A stretch of DNA of 32,000 nt from Cereibacter sphaeroides 2.4.1 (GCF_000012905.2 NC_007494.2:630001-662000), one strand, 5' to 3'. Shown: positions 16,737-27,002, counted from the stretch's first letter. The notes: generated by a model not told the origin, from the sequence alone. Numbers and translations are program-made.

Positions 16737-18194
16737 ATGACGGAGATCGCGTTCATCCTGAACGGAACGCCCCTCAGCGTCGCGGCGGAGCCCACCCGGA
16801 CGCTGCTCGACTTCCTGCGCGAGGACCGCGGGCTCACCGGCACCAAGGAGGGCTGCAACGAGGGCGACTGCGGCGCCTGCACGGTGATGGTGACCGACGA
16901 GACCGGGCCCCGCGCGCTGAACGCCTGCCTCCTGTTCCTGCCCCAGCTTCAGGGCAAGGAGGTCCGGACTGTCGAGGGCCTCGCCGCGCCCGACGGCCGC
17001 CTCCATCCGGTGCAACAGGCGCTGATCGACCATCACGGCTCGCAATGCGGCTTCTGCACCCCGGGCTTCGTCATGTCGATGGCCGCGGCCCATGCCACCG
17101 GCTGCCGCGACCATGACGATACGCTCGCGGGCAACCTCTGCCGCTGCACGGGCTATGCTCCCATCGTCCGCGCCGCCCGCGCCGCCGAGGAGGCGCCTCC
17201 GCCCGACTGGCTGCCCTCTTTCACTCTGCCTCAAATATCCTCGGGGGGGACCGTGAGCGGCGAGAGCCCCTCCCCCGGAGGGGCGGCCGCGAACGCCCGC
17301 CCCGCGGGCGGGCCCGGGGGGGCAGACAGCCCCCCCGCAGCCGGTTGCCGCCCGACCAGCCTCGAGGAGCTCGCGCGGCTTTACGAGGCCCATCCCGAGG
17401 CCACGCTGATCGCAGGCGCCACCGACGTGGGCCTCTGGGTCACCAAGGATCTGCGCGACCTGTCGATGCCCCTCTTCCTCGGCGCCATCCCCGAGTTGCG
17501 CCGCATCGAGGAGGCGGCGGGCAGTCTGCGTGTCGGGGCCATGGTCACCATCTCGGACCTGCGCGCGGCACTTGCCCCCCGCCTGCCGGGCCTCGCGGAC
17601 CTGCTGCGCCGCTTCGCCAGCGTGCAGATCCGCAACGCGGCCACCCTCGGCGGCAATATCGCCAACGGCTCGCCCATCGGCGACACGCCGCCTGCGCTGA
17701 TCGCGCTCGGCGCCACGCTGCACCTGCGCCGGGGCGAGACCCGCCGCGACCTGCCGCTCGAGGAGTTCTTCCTCGATTACCGCAAGCAGGACCGGCGCCC
17801 GGGCGAGTTCGTCGAGGCGGTCACGATCCCCACCGAGGCACCGGGGCTGCGCTGCTACAAGCTCTCGAAACGGTTCGATCAGGACATTTCGGCGGTCTGC
17901 GGCTGTTTCAACATCTCGGTCGAGGCGGGCCGCGTCGCGGCGGCCCGCCTGGCCTTCGGCGGCATGGCCGGGATCCCGAAGCGCGCGGCGGCGGTCGAGG
18001 CGGCGCTTCTGGGCCGCCCCTGGACCCTCGCCACGATCGAGGCGGCCCGCCCGGCCTTCGCCGAGGATTTCACCCCGCTCTCCGACATGCGCGCCTCGGC
18101 CGGCTACCGTCTCGAGGCCGCGGCGGCGCTTCTCGTCCGCGCCTTCCACGATCTTCAGGGCCACCCCGTCTCGGTGCTGGAGGTGGAGGCATGA
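16737..18194 (+). CDS. xdhA: Xanthine dehydrogenase small subunit ([2Fe-2S] + FAD domains)
   Basis: [12 protein letters not shown]...[12 protein letters not shown]...CGFCTPGF...CRCTGY are the two Fe-S motifs, followed by an FAD-binding domain ([13 protein letters not shown]). Contains an in-frame repeat-derived linker insertion (see repeat 17232-17336). Confidence 0.93.
   Translation: MTEIAFILNGTPLSVAAEPTRTLLDFLREDRGLTGTKEGCNEGDCGACTVMVTDETGPRALNACLLFLPQLQGKEVRTVEGLAAPDGRLHPVQQALIDHHGSQCGFCTPGFVMSMAAAHATGCRDHDDTLAGNLCRCTGYAPIVRAARAAEEAPPPDWLPSFTLPQISSGGTVSGESPSPGGAAANARPAGGPGGADSPPAAGCRPTSLEELARLYEAHPEATLIAGATDVGLWVTKDLRDLSMPLFLGAIPELRRIEEAAGSLRVGAMVTISDLRAALAPRLPGLADLLRRFASVQIRNAATLGGNIANGSPIGDTPPALIALGATLHLRRGETRRDLPLEEFFLDYRKQDRRPGEFVEAVTIPTEAPGLRCYKLSKRFDQDISAVCGCFNISVEAGRVAAARLAFGGMAGIPKRAAAVEAALLGRPWTLATIEAARPAFAEDFTPLSDMRASAGYRLEAAAALLVRAFHDLQGHPVSVLEVEA
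17232..17336 (+). repeat. GC-rich palindromic repeat element, long copy (105 bp), inside the xdhA coding sequence
   Basis: Its ends CAAATATCCTCGGGGGGG (17232-17249) and GGGGGGCAGACAGCCCCCC (17317-17335) are identical to 31205-31222 and 31244-31262. The interior holds two perfect hairpins (17266-17284, 17295-17313). Confidence 0.8.
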
Positions 18195-20668
18195 GCCTCG
18201 GTCGCGCCCTGCCGCACGATGCGGCCCCGCTTCACGTCACCGGCGCTGCGCGCTATGTGGACGACTTGCCCACCCCGCGCGGCACGCTGCATCTGGCCTT
18301 CGGCCTGTCGCCCGTGGCCCATGGCGAGATCCTGACCCTCGATCTCGACCCGGTGCGCCGGATGCCGGGCGTGGTGCGGGTGATCGGGCCCGGCGATCTC
18401 GATCCGATGCCCGACTGCTCGCCCTCGGCCCATGACGAGCCGCTCCTTGCAGTGGGCCGCGTGCAGTATGTGGGCCAGCCGCTCTTCCTCGTCGTGGCCG
18501 AGAGCCACCGCGCCGCCCGCCGCGCAGCGCGCGCCGCGCGCCCCGAGATCCGGCCCCTGCCCGCGATCCTGACCGTCGAGGAGGCGCTCGCCGCGAATGC
18601 CCGCTTCGAGGCGGGGCCCGTCGTCTGGGAGAAGGGCCGCGCGGCCGAAGCCATCGCCACAGCCCCGCACCGGATCGAGGGAACGATGGAGGTGGGGGGA
18701 CAGGAGCATTTCTACCTCGAGGGTCAGGTGGCGCTCGCCCTGCCGCAGGAGGCGGGCGACATGCATGTCCATTCTTCCACCCAGCATCCGACCGAGATCC
18801 AGCACAAGGTGGCCCATGCGCTGGGACTGCCCATGAGCGCGGTGCGGGTCGAGGTGCGGCGCATGGGCGGCGGCTTCGGCGGCAAGGAGAGCCAGGGCAA
18901 TGCGCTGGCCATCGCCTGCGCACTGGCCGCCCGCGCGACGGGGCGGCCCTGCAAGATGCGCTACGACCGCGACGACGACATGGCGATCACCGGCAAGCGC
19001 CACGACCTTCGGATCGACTATCGCGCGGGCTTCGATGACGAAGGGCGGCTCGCGGGCGTCGAGTTCCGCCATCTCTTCCGTTGCGGCTGGTCGCAGGACC
19101 TGTCGCTGCCGGTGGCGGATCGGGCGATGCTCCATGCCGACAATGCCTATCACCTGCCCGCGGTGCGGATCGAGAGCCACCGGCTGCGCACCCATACCCA
19201 GAGCGCCACCGCCTTCCGCGGCTTCGGCGGCCCGCAGGGCATGATCGGGATCGAGCGGGTGATGGACCATGTGGCCCATGCGGTGGGGCGCGATCCTCTG
19301 GCGGTGCGGCAGGCGAACTTCTACGCGCCGATGGGGCAGGTCGGGGGCGGACGTGCCGCGGATCCGGCGGGAAGGCCGGGGGCGCTGCCCCCGGACCCCC
19401 GGGATATTTCCGCCAGAATGAAGGAGGAGGAGACGGAGGCGCGGGCGCGGCTCGGGGCGGAGGAGGTGGATCTGACCTCGCGCGGGGCGGAGGCGATGGA
19501 GCACGATCTGCCGCCGCCCGCGCCCGAGGGGGTGCAGACCACGCCCTATCACATGCCGGTCGAGGATTTCATCGGCGACGCGCTGGTGGCGGAGCTCGCC
19601 GAGCGGGCGGACTATGCCCGCCGCCGCGCCGAGATCGGCGACTGGAACCGGCAGAGCCCGATCCTGAAGCGCGGCATCGCGCTGACGCCGGTGAAGTTCG
19701 GCATCTCCTTCACGCTCAGCTGGCTGAACCAGGCGGGGGCGCTGGTCCATATCTATCAGGACGGCTCGGTGCATCTGAACCATGGCGGGACCGAAATGGG
19801 ACAGGGGCTGTTCCAGAAGGTGGCGCAGGTGGCAGCGGCCGAACTGGGGCTGCCGGTCGAGGCGGTGAAGATCACGCCGACCGACACGGGCAAGGTGCCG
19901 AACACCTCGGCCACGGCGGCCTCGTCGGGATCGGACCTGAACGGAATGGCGGTGCGTGCGGCCTGCGTCACGCTGCGGGATCGGCTGGCGGAGCTGGTGG
20001 CCGAGCGGCATCAGGCGCGGGCGGAGGAGGTGCGGTTCGAGGAGGGGCGCGTGCGCGTGGGCGGCGCGGATCTCTCCTTTGCCGAAGTGGCGGCCATGGC
20101 CTATCAGGCGCGCGTGCCCCTTTCGGCCACCGGCTACTACCGGACGCCGAAGATCGTCTGGGACCGGCTGAAGGGGCGCGGGCGGCCGTTCTTCTACTTC
20201 GCCTACGGGGCGGCCGTGTCGGAGGTGGCGATCGACAGCCTCACCGGCGAGAACCGGATCCTGCGCGCGGACATCCTGCATGACACGGGCACGAGCCTCA
20301 ATCCGGCGCTCGATCTGGGGCAGATCGAGGGCGGCTATGTGCAGGGCGCCGGGTGGCTTACCACCGAGGAGCTGGTCTGGGACGCCGAGGGGCGGCTGCG
20401 GACCCATGCGCCGTCGACCTACAAGATCCCCGCCTGTTCGGACCGGCCGCGGATCTTCAATGTGGCGCTCTGGAACCGGCCCAACCCCGAGGAGACCGTG
20501 GGCCGCTCGAAGGCCGTGGGCGAGCCGCCCTTCATGCTCGGGATCTCGGTGCTGATGGCGCTCTCGGAGGCGGTGGCGGCCTGCGGCGACGGCAGCATCT
20601 ATCCGGCGCTCGATGCGCCCGCGACGCCCGAGCGGATCCTTGCCGCGGTGAGGCGGCAGCGTGGCTGA
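18191..20668 (+). CDS. xdhB: Xanthine dehydrogenase large (molybdopterin-binding) subunit
   Basis: 825 aa starting [25 protein letters not shown]. Contains GGGFGGKE and the aldehyde-oxidase/xanthine-dehydrogenase blocks. Its ATG overlaps the xdhA stop (ATGA at 18191-18194). Confidence 0.95.
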   Translation: MSLGRALPHDAAPLHVTGAARYVDDLPTPRGTLHLAFGLSPVAHGEILTLDLDPVRRMPGVVRVIGPGDLDPMPDCSPSAHDEPLLAVGRVQYVGQPLFLVVAESHRAARRAARAARPEIRPLPAILTVEEALAANARFEAGPVVWEKGRAAEAIATAPHRIEGTMEVGGQEHFYLEGQVALALPQEAGDMHVHSSTQHPTEIQHKVAHALGLPMSAVRVEVRRMGGGFGGKESQGNALAIACALAARATGRPCKMRYDRDDDMAITGKRHDLRIDYRAGFDDEGRLAGVEFRHLFRCGWSQDLSLPVADRAMLHADNAYHLPAVRIESHRLRTHTQSATAFRGFGGPQGMIGIERVMDHVAHAVGRDPLAVRQANFYAPMGQVGGGRAADPAGRPGALPPDPRDISARMKEEETEARARLGAEEVDLTSRGAEAMEHDLPPPAPEGVQTTPYHMPVEDFIGDALVAELAERADYARRRAEIGDWNRQSPILKRGIALTPVKFGISFTLSWLNQAGALVHIYQDGSVHLNHGGTEMGQGLFQKVAQVAAAELGLPVEAVKITPTDTGKVPNTSATAASSGSDLNGMAVRAACVTLRDRLAELVAERHQARAEEVRFEEGRVRVGGADLSFAEVAAMAYQARVPLSATGYYRTPKIVWDRLKGRGRPFFYFAYGAAVSEVAIDSLTGENRILRADILHDTGTSLNPALDLGQIEGGYVQGAGWLTTEELVWDAEGRLRTHAPSTYKIPACSDRPRIFNVALWNRPNPEETVGRSKAVGEPPFMLGISVLMALSEAVAACGDGSIYPALDAPATPERILAAVRRQRG
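19378..19411 (-). repeat. Minimal, diverged copy of the same repeat family in inverted orientation, inside the xdhB coding sequence
   Basis: The reverse complement reads GGAAATATCCCGGGGGTCCGGGGGCAGCGCCCCC. It has the same layout (AAATATCC, G-run, then G-run-CAG.C.G-C-run hairpin) but with shorter runs and no inner hairpins. Confidence 0.5.
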
Positions 20669-21602
20669 GGGCTTCGACCTCGGGGGGCTGCGGGCCGCGG
20701 TGGCCCGCCACGGACGCGTGGCGCGCGTGGTGGTGGGCGCCGTCGAGGGCTCGGCACCCCGCGGACCCGGCGCCGCGATGCTGGTCTGGGCCGGGGGAGC
20801 CCGGGGCACCATCGGCGGCGGCGCGCTCGAATGGGAGGCCATCGCCCGGGCCCGCGCGCTTCTGGCGGAGGGCGGGCTCAGGGTGGACCGGAGGCCGCTC
20901 GGCCCCGCGCTCGGCCAGTGCTGCGGCGGATCGGTGACGCTGGTGACCGAGGTCTGGGACGCGGCGGCCCTCGACGGGATCGAGGGGCCGCTCGTCGCGC
21001 GCAGCCTCGACGGGCGGCCGATGGGGCTCGAGGTGCGGCGCCTTCTGGACCGCGCCCGGCGCGAGGGGGCGCGGCCTCCGGCGCAGATCCGGCAGGGCTG
21101 GCTGATCGAGCCTCTGGCCCTGCCCGAGCGGGAGATCTGGATCTGGGGGGCGGGTCATGTCGGCCGGGCACTGGTCGCGGTGCTGAGCCCCCTGCCCGAT
21201 CTCGCCCTGACCTGGATCGATGTGGCGCGCGACCGCTTTCCCGAGATCCTGCCGGAGGGGCCGCGGGCGATCTGGACACCGCGGCCGGAGGAACTGGTGG
21301 CCCATGCGCCGCCCCATGCCGAGCATCTCGTGCTCACCTTCTCGCATGCGCTGGACCTCGAGCTCTGCCATCGCATCCTGTCGCGCGGCGCGGCCGGGCT
21401 CGGCGTGATCGGCTCGGCCACCAAGGCCGCCCGCTTCCGCGGCAGATTGCGCGCGCTTGGCCATTCGGACGGGCAGATCGCGCACATGGTGTGCCCGATC
21501 GGCGACAAGTCCTTGGGCAAGCATCCGCAGGCAATTGCCTTGGGCGTCGCGGTGGGGTTGCTGGGGCAAAAGCGCAGGGTGGGGGCGGAGATCGCGTCAT
21601 GA
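20661..21602 (+). CDS. xdhC: Xanthine dehydrogenase accessory/maturation protein
   Basis: XdhC/CoxI-type sequence with a Rossmann-like IWIWGAGHVGRAL. GTG 20661 overlaps the xdhB stop by 8 nt. Confidence 0.85.
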   Translation: MAEGFDLGGLRAAVARHGRVARVVVGAVEGSAPRGPGAAMLVWAGGARGTIGGGALEWEAIARARALLAEGGLRVDRRPLGPALGQCCGGSVTLVTEVWDAAALDGIEGPLVARSLDGRPMGLEVRRLLDRARREGARPPAQIRQGWLIEPLALPEREIWIWGAGHVGRALVAVLSPLPDLALTWIDVARDRFPEILPEGPRAIWTPRPEELVAHAPPHAEHLVLTFSHALDLELCHRILSRGAAGLGVIGSATKAARFRGRLRALGHSDGQIAHMVCPIGDKSLGKHPQAIALGVAVGLLGQKRRVGAEIAS

Positions 21603-23122
21603 CGGAACTTCTGCGGATCGAGGGAGTGACGAAGGCCTATCCGGGCGTGGTCGCGAACTCGGACGTGTCTTTCTCGATCCGGGAAGGCGAGGTGCATGCG
21701 CTTCTCGGCGAGAACGGCGCAGGCAAATCCACGCTGGTCAAGATGATCTACGGCCTCGTGCGGCCCGACGAGGGGCGGATGCGCCTGCGCGGGCAGGACT
21801 ACGCCCCGCGCGAGCCGCGCGAGGCGCGGGCGGCGGGCGTCGCCATGGTGTTCCAGCATTTCAGCCTGTTCGAGGCGATGAACGTGGCGGAGAATGTGGC
21901 GCTCGGCATGGAGGATCCGCCGAAGCTGCGCGATCTGGCGGCCCGTATCCGGCAGGTGTCCGAGGAATACGGCCTGCCGCTCGATCCCGACCGGATGGTG
22001 GGCGATCTGTCGGCGGGCGAGCGGCAGCGGGTCGAGATCGTGCGCTGCCTGCTGCAGGATCCGAAGCTCCTCATCATGGACGAGCCGACCTCGGTCCTGA
22101 CCCCGCAGGAGGTGGAGATCCTGTTCCAGACCCTGCGCCAGCTCTCGTCCGAAGGCACGGCGATTCTCTACATCAGCCACAAGCTCGAGGAGATCCGCGC
22201 GCTCTGCGACGAGGCGACGATCCTGCGCCGCGGCAAGGTGGTGGCGACCTGCACCCCGCGCGAGCGCTCGGCCCGCGAGATGGCGGAACTGATGGTGGGC
22301 GCCGTCCTGACCCCGCCCGAGCGGCATGCAACGCCCAAGGGCGAGGTGGCGCTGGAGGTGGCGGGGCTCTCGGTCGCCTCGCCCATCCCCTTCGGCACCT
22401 CGCTCAAGGACATCGGCTTCAAGGTGCGCCGCGGCGAGGTGCTGGGCATCGCCGGCGTGGCGGGCAACGGGCAGGACGAGCTTCTGATCGCGCTCTCGGG
22501 CGAACTGCGGGCTGCGCGCGATGCGGTGCAGATCGAAGGGAGCGGCGTGGGCGACCTCGGGCCGAACGAGCGGCGCCTGCGCGGCCTCGTGGCCGCCCCC
22601 GAGGAGCGCCTGGGCCATGCGGCGGCACCCGACATGAGCCTCGTCGAGAACGCACTCCTCTCGGGCGTGGTGCGCAAACGGCTGACCTGGCGCGGCTTCA
22701 TCGACTGGGCAGGCACCCGCGCCTTCGCCTCCGAGATCGTCGAGCGGTTCGACGTGCGCACCCCCGGCACCTGGGTCGCGGCCCGCGCCCTCTCGGGGGG
22801 CAACCTGCAGAAGTTCGTGGTGGGGCGCGAGTTGTCGCAGGAGCCCTCGGTCATCGTCATCAACCAGCCGACCTGGGGCGTCGATGCCTCGGCCGCGGCG
22901 GCGATCCGGCAGGCGATCCTCGACCGGGCCGCGGCGGGGGCGGCGGTCGTCGTCATCAGCCAGGACCTTGACGAGCTTCTGGAAATCGCCGACCGCTTCG
23001 CCGCGCTGAACGAGGGCCGCCTGAGCGCTCCCCGACCCACGCAGGGGCTGACCATCGACGAGATCGGTCTGATGATGGGCGGCGCGCATGGAATGGAGGT
23101 GGCCCATCATGCTCACGGGTAA
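21599..23122 (+). CDS. ABC transporter ATP-binding protein with two ABC domains (BMP/nucleoside-purine importer type)
   Basis: MTELLRIEGVTKAYPG..., Walker A GENGAGKST, signatures LSAGERQRVEI and LSGGNLQKFVVGRE. Its ATG overlaps the xdhC stop (ATGA at 21599-21602). Confidence 0.93.
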   Translation: MTELLRIEGVTKAYPGVVANSDVSFSIREGEVHALLGENGAGKSTLVKMIYGLVRPDEGRMRLRGQDYAPREPREARAAGVAMVFQHFSLFEAMNVAENVALGMEDPPKLRDLAARIRQVSEEYGLPLDPDRMVGDLSAGERQRVEIVRCLLQDPKLLIMDEPTSVLTPQEVEILFQTLRQLSSEGTAILYISHKLEEIRALCDEATILRRGKVVATCTPRERSAREMAELMVGAVLTPPERHATPKGEVALEVAGLSVASPIPFGTSLKDIGFKVRRGEVLGIAGVAGNGQDELLIALSGELRAARDAVQIEGSGVGDLGPNERRLRGLVAAPEERLGHAAAPDMSLVENALLSGVVRKRLTWRGFIDWAGTRAFASEIVERFDVRTPGTWVAARALSGGNLQKFVVGRELSQEPSVIVINQPTWGVDASAAAAIRQAILDRAAAGAAVVVISQDLDELLEIADRFAALNEGRLSAPRPTQGLTIDEIGLMMGGAHGMEVAHHAHG

Positions 23123-23140
23123 CGGCGCAGAGGCGCGCCC

Positions 23141-24223
23141 ATGCTGAGGCTCGAGAAGCGCCCGAACCCGTCGCGGTTCTGGAACTACGCAACGCCGGTT
23201 CTCGCCGTCGTGCTGACGATGGTCGCGGGCGGGCTCATGTTCGCGCTGCTGGGCAAGAACCCGGTCGAGGCGATCCGCACGATCTTCTGGGATCCGCTGT
23301 TCGGAGAGTTCGCCTGGTATTTCCGCGGCCAGCTTCTGGTGAAGGCGGGGCCGCTGATCCTGATCGCGGTGGGCCTGAGCCTCGGCTTCCGGGCGGGGAT
23401 CTGGAACATCGGCGCCGAGGGACAATACATGATGGGCGCCATCTTCGGCGCCGCGGCGGGGCTTGCGCTCTATCCCGCCGACAACCGGCTGATCTTCCCG
23501 CTGATGGTGGTGGCGGGCGCGCTCGGCGGCTGGATCTGGGCCATGATCCCCGCGATCCTGCGCACGAAATTCCGCACGAACGAGATCCTCGTCTCGCTGC
23601 TCCTCGTCTATGTAGCGCAGTCGATCCTCGCCTCGATGGCCTTGGGCGCGCTGCGAAACCCCGAGGGCGGCGGCTTTCCCGGCTCGCGCAACCTCTCGCA
23701 ATGGGCTTCCTCGGCCAACCCCGAGCTGATCGCGGGAACGGGCATGCACTGGGGAGTGGTCGCGGCCTTCGCCTCGGTGATCGCGGCCTATATCCTGTTG
23801 CAGCGCCATATCCTCGGCTTCCAGATCCGGCTTGCGGGGCAGGCGCCGCGGGCCGCGCGCTTCGCGGGCGTCTCGCCCAACCGGCTGGTGCTCCTGTGCA
23901 TGGGGATCTCGGGCGCGCTCGCGGGCCTCGCCGGGCTCTTCGAGGTGACGGGCCCGGCCGGTCAGATCTCGATCGACTTCGCGCAGGGCTATGGCTTCAC
24001 CGCCATCATCGTGGCCTTCCTCGGCCGGCTCAACCCGGTGGGCATCCTGCTCGCGGGGCTTCTCATGGCGCTGACCTATGTCGGCGGCGACAATGCCTCG
24101 ACCAACCTCGGCCTGCCCGCGGCCTCGATCCAGGCCTTCCAGGGGATGCTCCTCTTCTTCCTCCTCGCCGTGGACCTTCTGTCCAACTACCGCATCCGCC
24201 CGAGCCGGAAGGAGGCCGCCTGA
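23141..24223 (+). CDS. ABC transporter permease (BMP-family system, first permease)
   Basis: 360 aa, a multi-pass hydrophobic protein of the YufP/NupB type, starting 18 nt after the ATPase gene. Confidence 0.9.
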   Translation: MLRLEKRPNPSRFWNYATPVLAVVLTMVAGGLMFALLGKNPVEAIRTIFWDPLFGEFAWYFRGQLLVKAGPLILIAVGLSLGFRAGIWNIGAEGQYMMGAIFGAAAGLALYPADNRLIFPLMVVAGALGGWIWAMIPAILRTKFRTNEILVSLLLVYVAQSILASMALGALRNPEGGGFPGSRNLSQWASSANPELIAGTGMHWGVVAAFASVIAAYILLQRHILGFQIRLAGQAPRAARFAGVSPNRLVLLCMGISGALAGLAGLFEVTGPAGQISIDFAQGYGFTAIIVAFLGRLNPVGILLAGLLMALTYVGGDNASTNLGLPAASIQAFQGMLLFFLLAVDLLSNYRIRPSRKEAA

Positions 24224-25155
24224 TGGACCTGCTCGGAGGCATCAATCCCGCCGTGCTGGTGGCCTCGCTGATGATGGCCTCGGTGCCGATCATCCTTGCG
24301 GCCATCGGCGAACTGGTGGTGGAGAAGTCGGGCGTCCTCAACCTCGGCGTCGAGGGCATGATGATCATCGGCGCCATCTGCGGCTTTGCGGTGGCGGTCG
24401 AGACCGGAAGCCCGCTTCTGGGCTTCGTGGGCGGGGCCCTGGGCGGCGCGGCGCTGAGCCTGATCTTCGCGCTCCTCACGCAGGTCCTGATGGCCAACCA
24501 GGTGGCAACGGGCCTCGCGCTCACGCTCTTCGGCCTCGGTCTCTCGAGCCTTCTGGGCCAGAGCTATGTGGGCGTGAAACCGCCGCCGACCGGGCGGCTC
24601 GACCTCGGCCCGCTCTCGGACATCCCCTGGATCGGGACGATGCTCTTCCGGCACGACGCGATGGTCTATCTCTCGATCGCGGCGGTGGCGGCGGTCTGGT
24701 TCGTCCTGCGCCACACCCGGACGGGCCTCGTCCTGCGGGCGGTGGGCGAGAATCACGAGGCAGCCCATGCGCTCGGCTACCATGTGGTGCGGATCCGGGT
24801 GCTGGCGATCCTGTTCGGCGGCGCGATGGCGGGGCTCGGCGGGGCCTATCTCAGCCTCATCCGGGTGCCGCAATGGACCGACGGGATCACCGCCGGTGCG
24901 GGCTGGATCGCGCTGGCCATCGTGGTCTTCGCCAGCTGGCGGCCCTGGCGGGTCCTGCTCGGCGCCTATCTTTTCGGCGGCATCACCGTCCTCCAGTTGA
25001 ACCTGCAGGCGGCGGGCGCACGGATCCCGGTGCAATACTTGTCCATGTCGCCCTATCTGATAACGATCCTCGTGCTGGTCATCATGTCCGCGGACCGCCG
25101 CCGCAGCACGGCGGCACCGGCCTCGCTGGGCAAGACCTTCCACGCCTCGCGCTGA
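24223..25155 (+). CDS. ABC transporter permease (BMP-family system, second permease)
   Basis: MDLLGGINPAVLVASLMMASVPIILAAIGELVVEKSGVLNLGVEGMM..., 310 aa. Its ATG overlaps the preceding stop (TGATG at 24221-24225). Confidence 0.9.
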   Translation: MDLLGGINPAVLVASLMMASVPIILAAIGELVVEKSGVLNLGVEGMMIIGAICGFAVAVETGSPLLGFVGGALGGAALSLIFALLTQVLMANQVATGLALTLFGLGLSSLLGQSYVGVKPPPTGRLDLGPLSDIPWIGTMLFRHDAMVYLSIAAVAAVWFVLRHTRTGLVLRAVGENHEAAHALGYHVVRIRVLAILFGGAMAGLGGAYLSLIRVPQWTDGITAGAGWIALAIVVFASWRPWRVLLGAYLFGGITVLQLNLQAAGARIPVQYLSMSPYLITILVLVIMSADRRRSTAAPASLGKTFHASR

Positions 25156-25201
25156 GGCAGCTATCGGCCGGCAGCGTCCGGCAGGAACAGGGAGCTAAAG
25201 A

Positions 25202-26296
25202 ATGGATCGCAGAACGCTTCTCGCGAGCGCCGCCTCGGGACTCGCGCTGTCGCTGGCGGGAGGCCGGGTCGCGATGGCCCAGGCCAAGGACAAGGTGAAG
25301 GTGGGCTTCGTCTATGTCGGCCCGATCGGGGATGGCGGCTGGAGCTTCCAGCACAACGAGGGCCGGCTGGCCGTCGAGAAGGAATTCGGCGACCGGGTCG
25401 AGACGATCTATCAGGAAAGCGTGCCCGAGGGCTCCGACGCCGAGCGCGTGCTGACCCAGATGGCGCTGTCGGGCTGCGACATCATCTTCACCACCTCCTT
25501 CGGCTACATGGATGCGACGAACAATGTCGCGGCCAAGTTCCCGAACGTGAAGTTCGAACATTGCACCGGCTTCAAGCGCGAGCATCCGAACGTCGCCACC
25601 TACAACGCCCGCTTCTACGAGGGCCGCGCGGTCTGCGGCACCATCGCCGGCCTGATGACCAAGTCGAACAAGATCGGCTACATCGGCTCCTATCCGATCC
25701 CCGAGGTAATCCAGGGCATCAACTCCTCGTTCATCCATGCGCGGAAGGTGAACCCGGACGTCTCCATCTCGGTCGTCTGGGCCTACACCTGGTTCGATCC
25801 GGCCAAGGAAGCGGATGCGGCCAAGGCGCTCATCGAGCAGGGCATGGACGTGATCCTCGCCCACACCGATTCGACCGCGCCGCTGGCCGAGGCCGCCAAG
25901 ACGCCGGGCGTGATCGGCTTCGGTCAGGCCTCGGACATGGCCAACTACAAGCCCTCGCCGCGGGTCTCGTCGATCATCGACAACTGGGCGCCCTACTACG
26001 TCAAGCGCGTGGGCATGGTGCTCGACGGCACCTGGGAGAGCACGGACGCCTGGGAAGGCATCGGCGGCGGCGAGGTGCTGATCGGCGAAATCACCGAGGC
26101 CGTTCCGGCCGAGGTGAAGGCCAAGGCGATGGAAGTTCACGATGCCATCGGGGCGGGCACCTATCATCCCTTCACCGGCCCGCTCAACAAGCAGGACGGC
26201 TCGGCGTGGCTCGCGGAGGGCGAGACGGCGGCGGACACGGATCTTCTCGGCATGAACTTCTATGTCGAGGGCATCTCGGGCGAGATCCCGAAGTAA
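25202..26296 (+). CDS. BMP-family (Med/PnrA-like) ABC substrate-binding protein, probable purine/nucleoside binding
   Basis: 364 aa with an N-terminal signal containing DRRTLL (twin-arginine-like). BMP-family blocks VGFVYVGPIGDGGW and IGYIGSYPIPEV are present. Confidence 0.9.
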   Translation: MDRRTLLASAASGLALSLAGGRVAMAQAKDKVKVGFVYVGPIGDGGWSFQHNEGRLAVEKEFGDRVETIYQESVPEGSDAERVLTQMALSGCDIIFTTSFGYMDATNNVAAKFPNVKFEHCTGFKREHPNVATYNARFYEGRAVCGTIAGLMTKSNKIGYIGSYPIPEVIQGINSSFIHARKVNPDVSISVVWAYTWFDPAKEADAAKALIEQGMDVILAHTDSTAPLAEAAKTPGVIGFGQASDMANYKPSPRVSSIIDNWAPYYVKRVGMVLDGTWESTDAWEGIGGGEVLIGEITEAVPAEVKAKAMEVHDAIGAGTYHPFTGPLNKQDGSAWLAEGETAADTDLLGMNFYVEGISGEIPK

Positions 26297-26316
26297 GCCC
26301 TGCCCCATTCGTTCAA

Positions 26317-26345
26317 GAGGCCCGGGCCGGAACGGCCCGGGCCTC
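26317..26345 (+). terminator. Hairpin GAGGCCCGGGCC-GGAAC-GGCCCGGGCCTC, 21 nt after the substrate-binding protein stop
   Basis: A perfect 12-bp stem read directly. There is no U-tract, so it is either not a canonical intrinsic terminator or is factor-dependent. Confidence 0.45.
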
Positions 26346-27002
26346 TGGCCATTCTGGACGCGCTTTCGTCGCTTCTCCGGGCAGGAGCCTCCGAGTTCCT
26401 CGCCGGCGGCCTCCCGGCGCGCCGGACCTCCCTCTCGCGCGCCTGAGTCCGTCGCAGGGATGTCCGGGATGAGAACCCAGAACCGGACGCGCCGGAGCCC
26501 CTGCCATTCGCGAAGCGCGAAGGATGCGGCTCCTCGGCGCGCGGCGCCTTCTTTGGCGGTATCCGGTGCGGACCATGCACTCCCCGGCCCGAAAGGTCGC
26601 GCGCCCGGCTCTCTCCCACAGGGCTGGCACACCATGCCGGTCCGTTGCCCGAGTCGCGGCCGGAGCCAATTCCGGGCGCTCTGGACCGTCGGCTTCGCGG
26701 GCCGGACGAGGCCGCTCGCCCCCTCCCCTCTGCCCCGCACGCGCGAAACTGCGCCCTTCTTCCCGTTTTGACGTGAAACTTCCGTCAATTCGAACGGGAA
26801 CCCCGGCCCCCCGTATTCGCGGGAAAGGCAAGGCGTGCTATTCAGAATTCAGCGGTTCCGGGGATGCCTGTTCAATCGATCCGTTGAGACCTTCCCCCGC
26901 ACGAGTTCGCCATCGTTCGGCTTTTTTTGACCCCAATGCCTTTTCATCACGAAGCCCTGGGACCGCTGCCTGTCGATACCCTTCCCGATGCGACCTCCTC
27001 GG

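Noticed and set aside
13786-23809. Very long ORFs antisense or out of frame to dnaE, xdhAB and the ABC genes (for example 13786-16740, 18155-20842, 21155-23809, 19081-20283).
   Set aside because: Their compositions are Arg/Pro/Gly/His-dominated, as is typical of non-coding frames in ~2/3 G+C DNA. Each fully overlaps a gene with unambiguous family signatures.
26768-26788. TTGACG-N9-CGTCAA considered as an FNR/CRP-type site.
   Set aside because: FNR/CRP-family half-sites are separated by 4 nt (TTGAT-N4-ATCAA), not 9. It is kept only as an unexplained palindrome within the intergenic finding.
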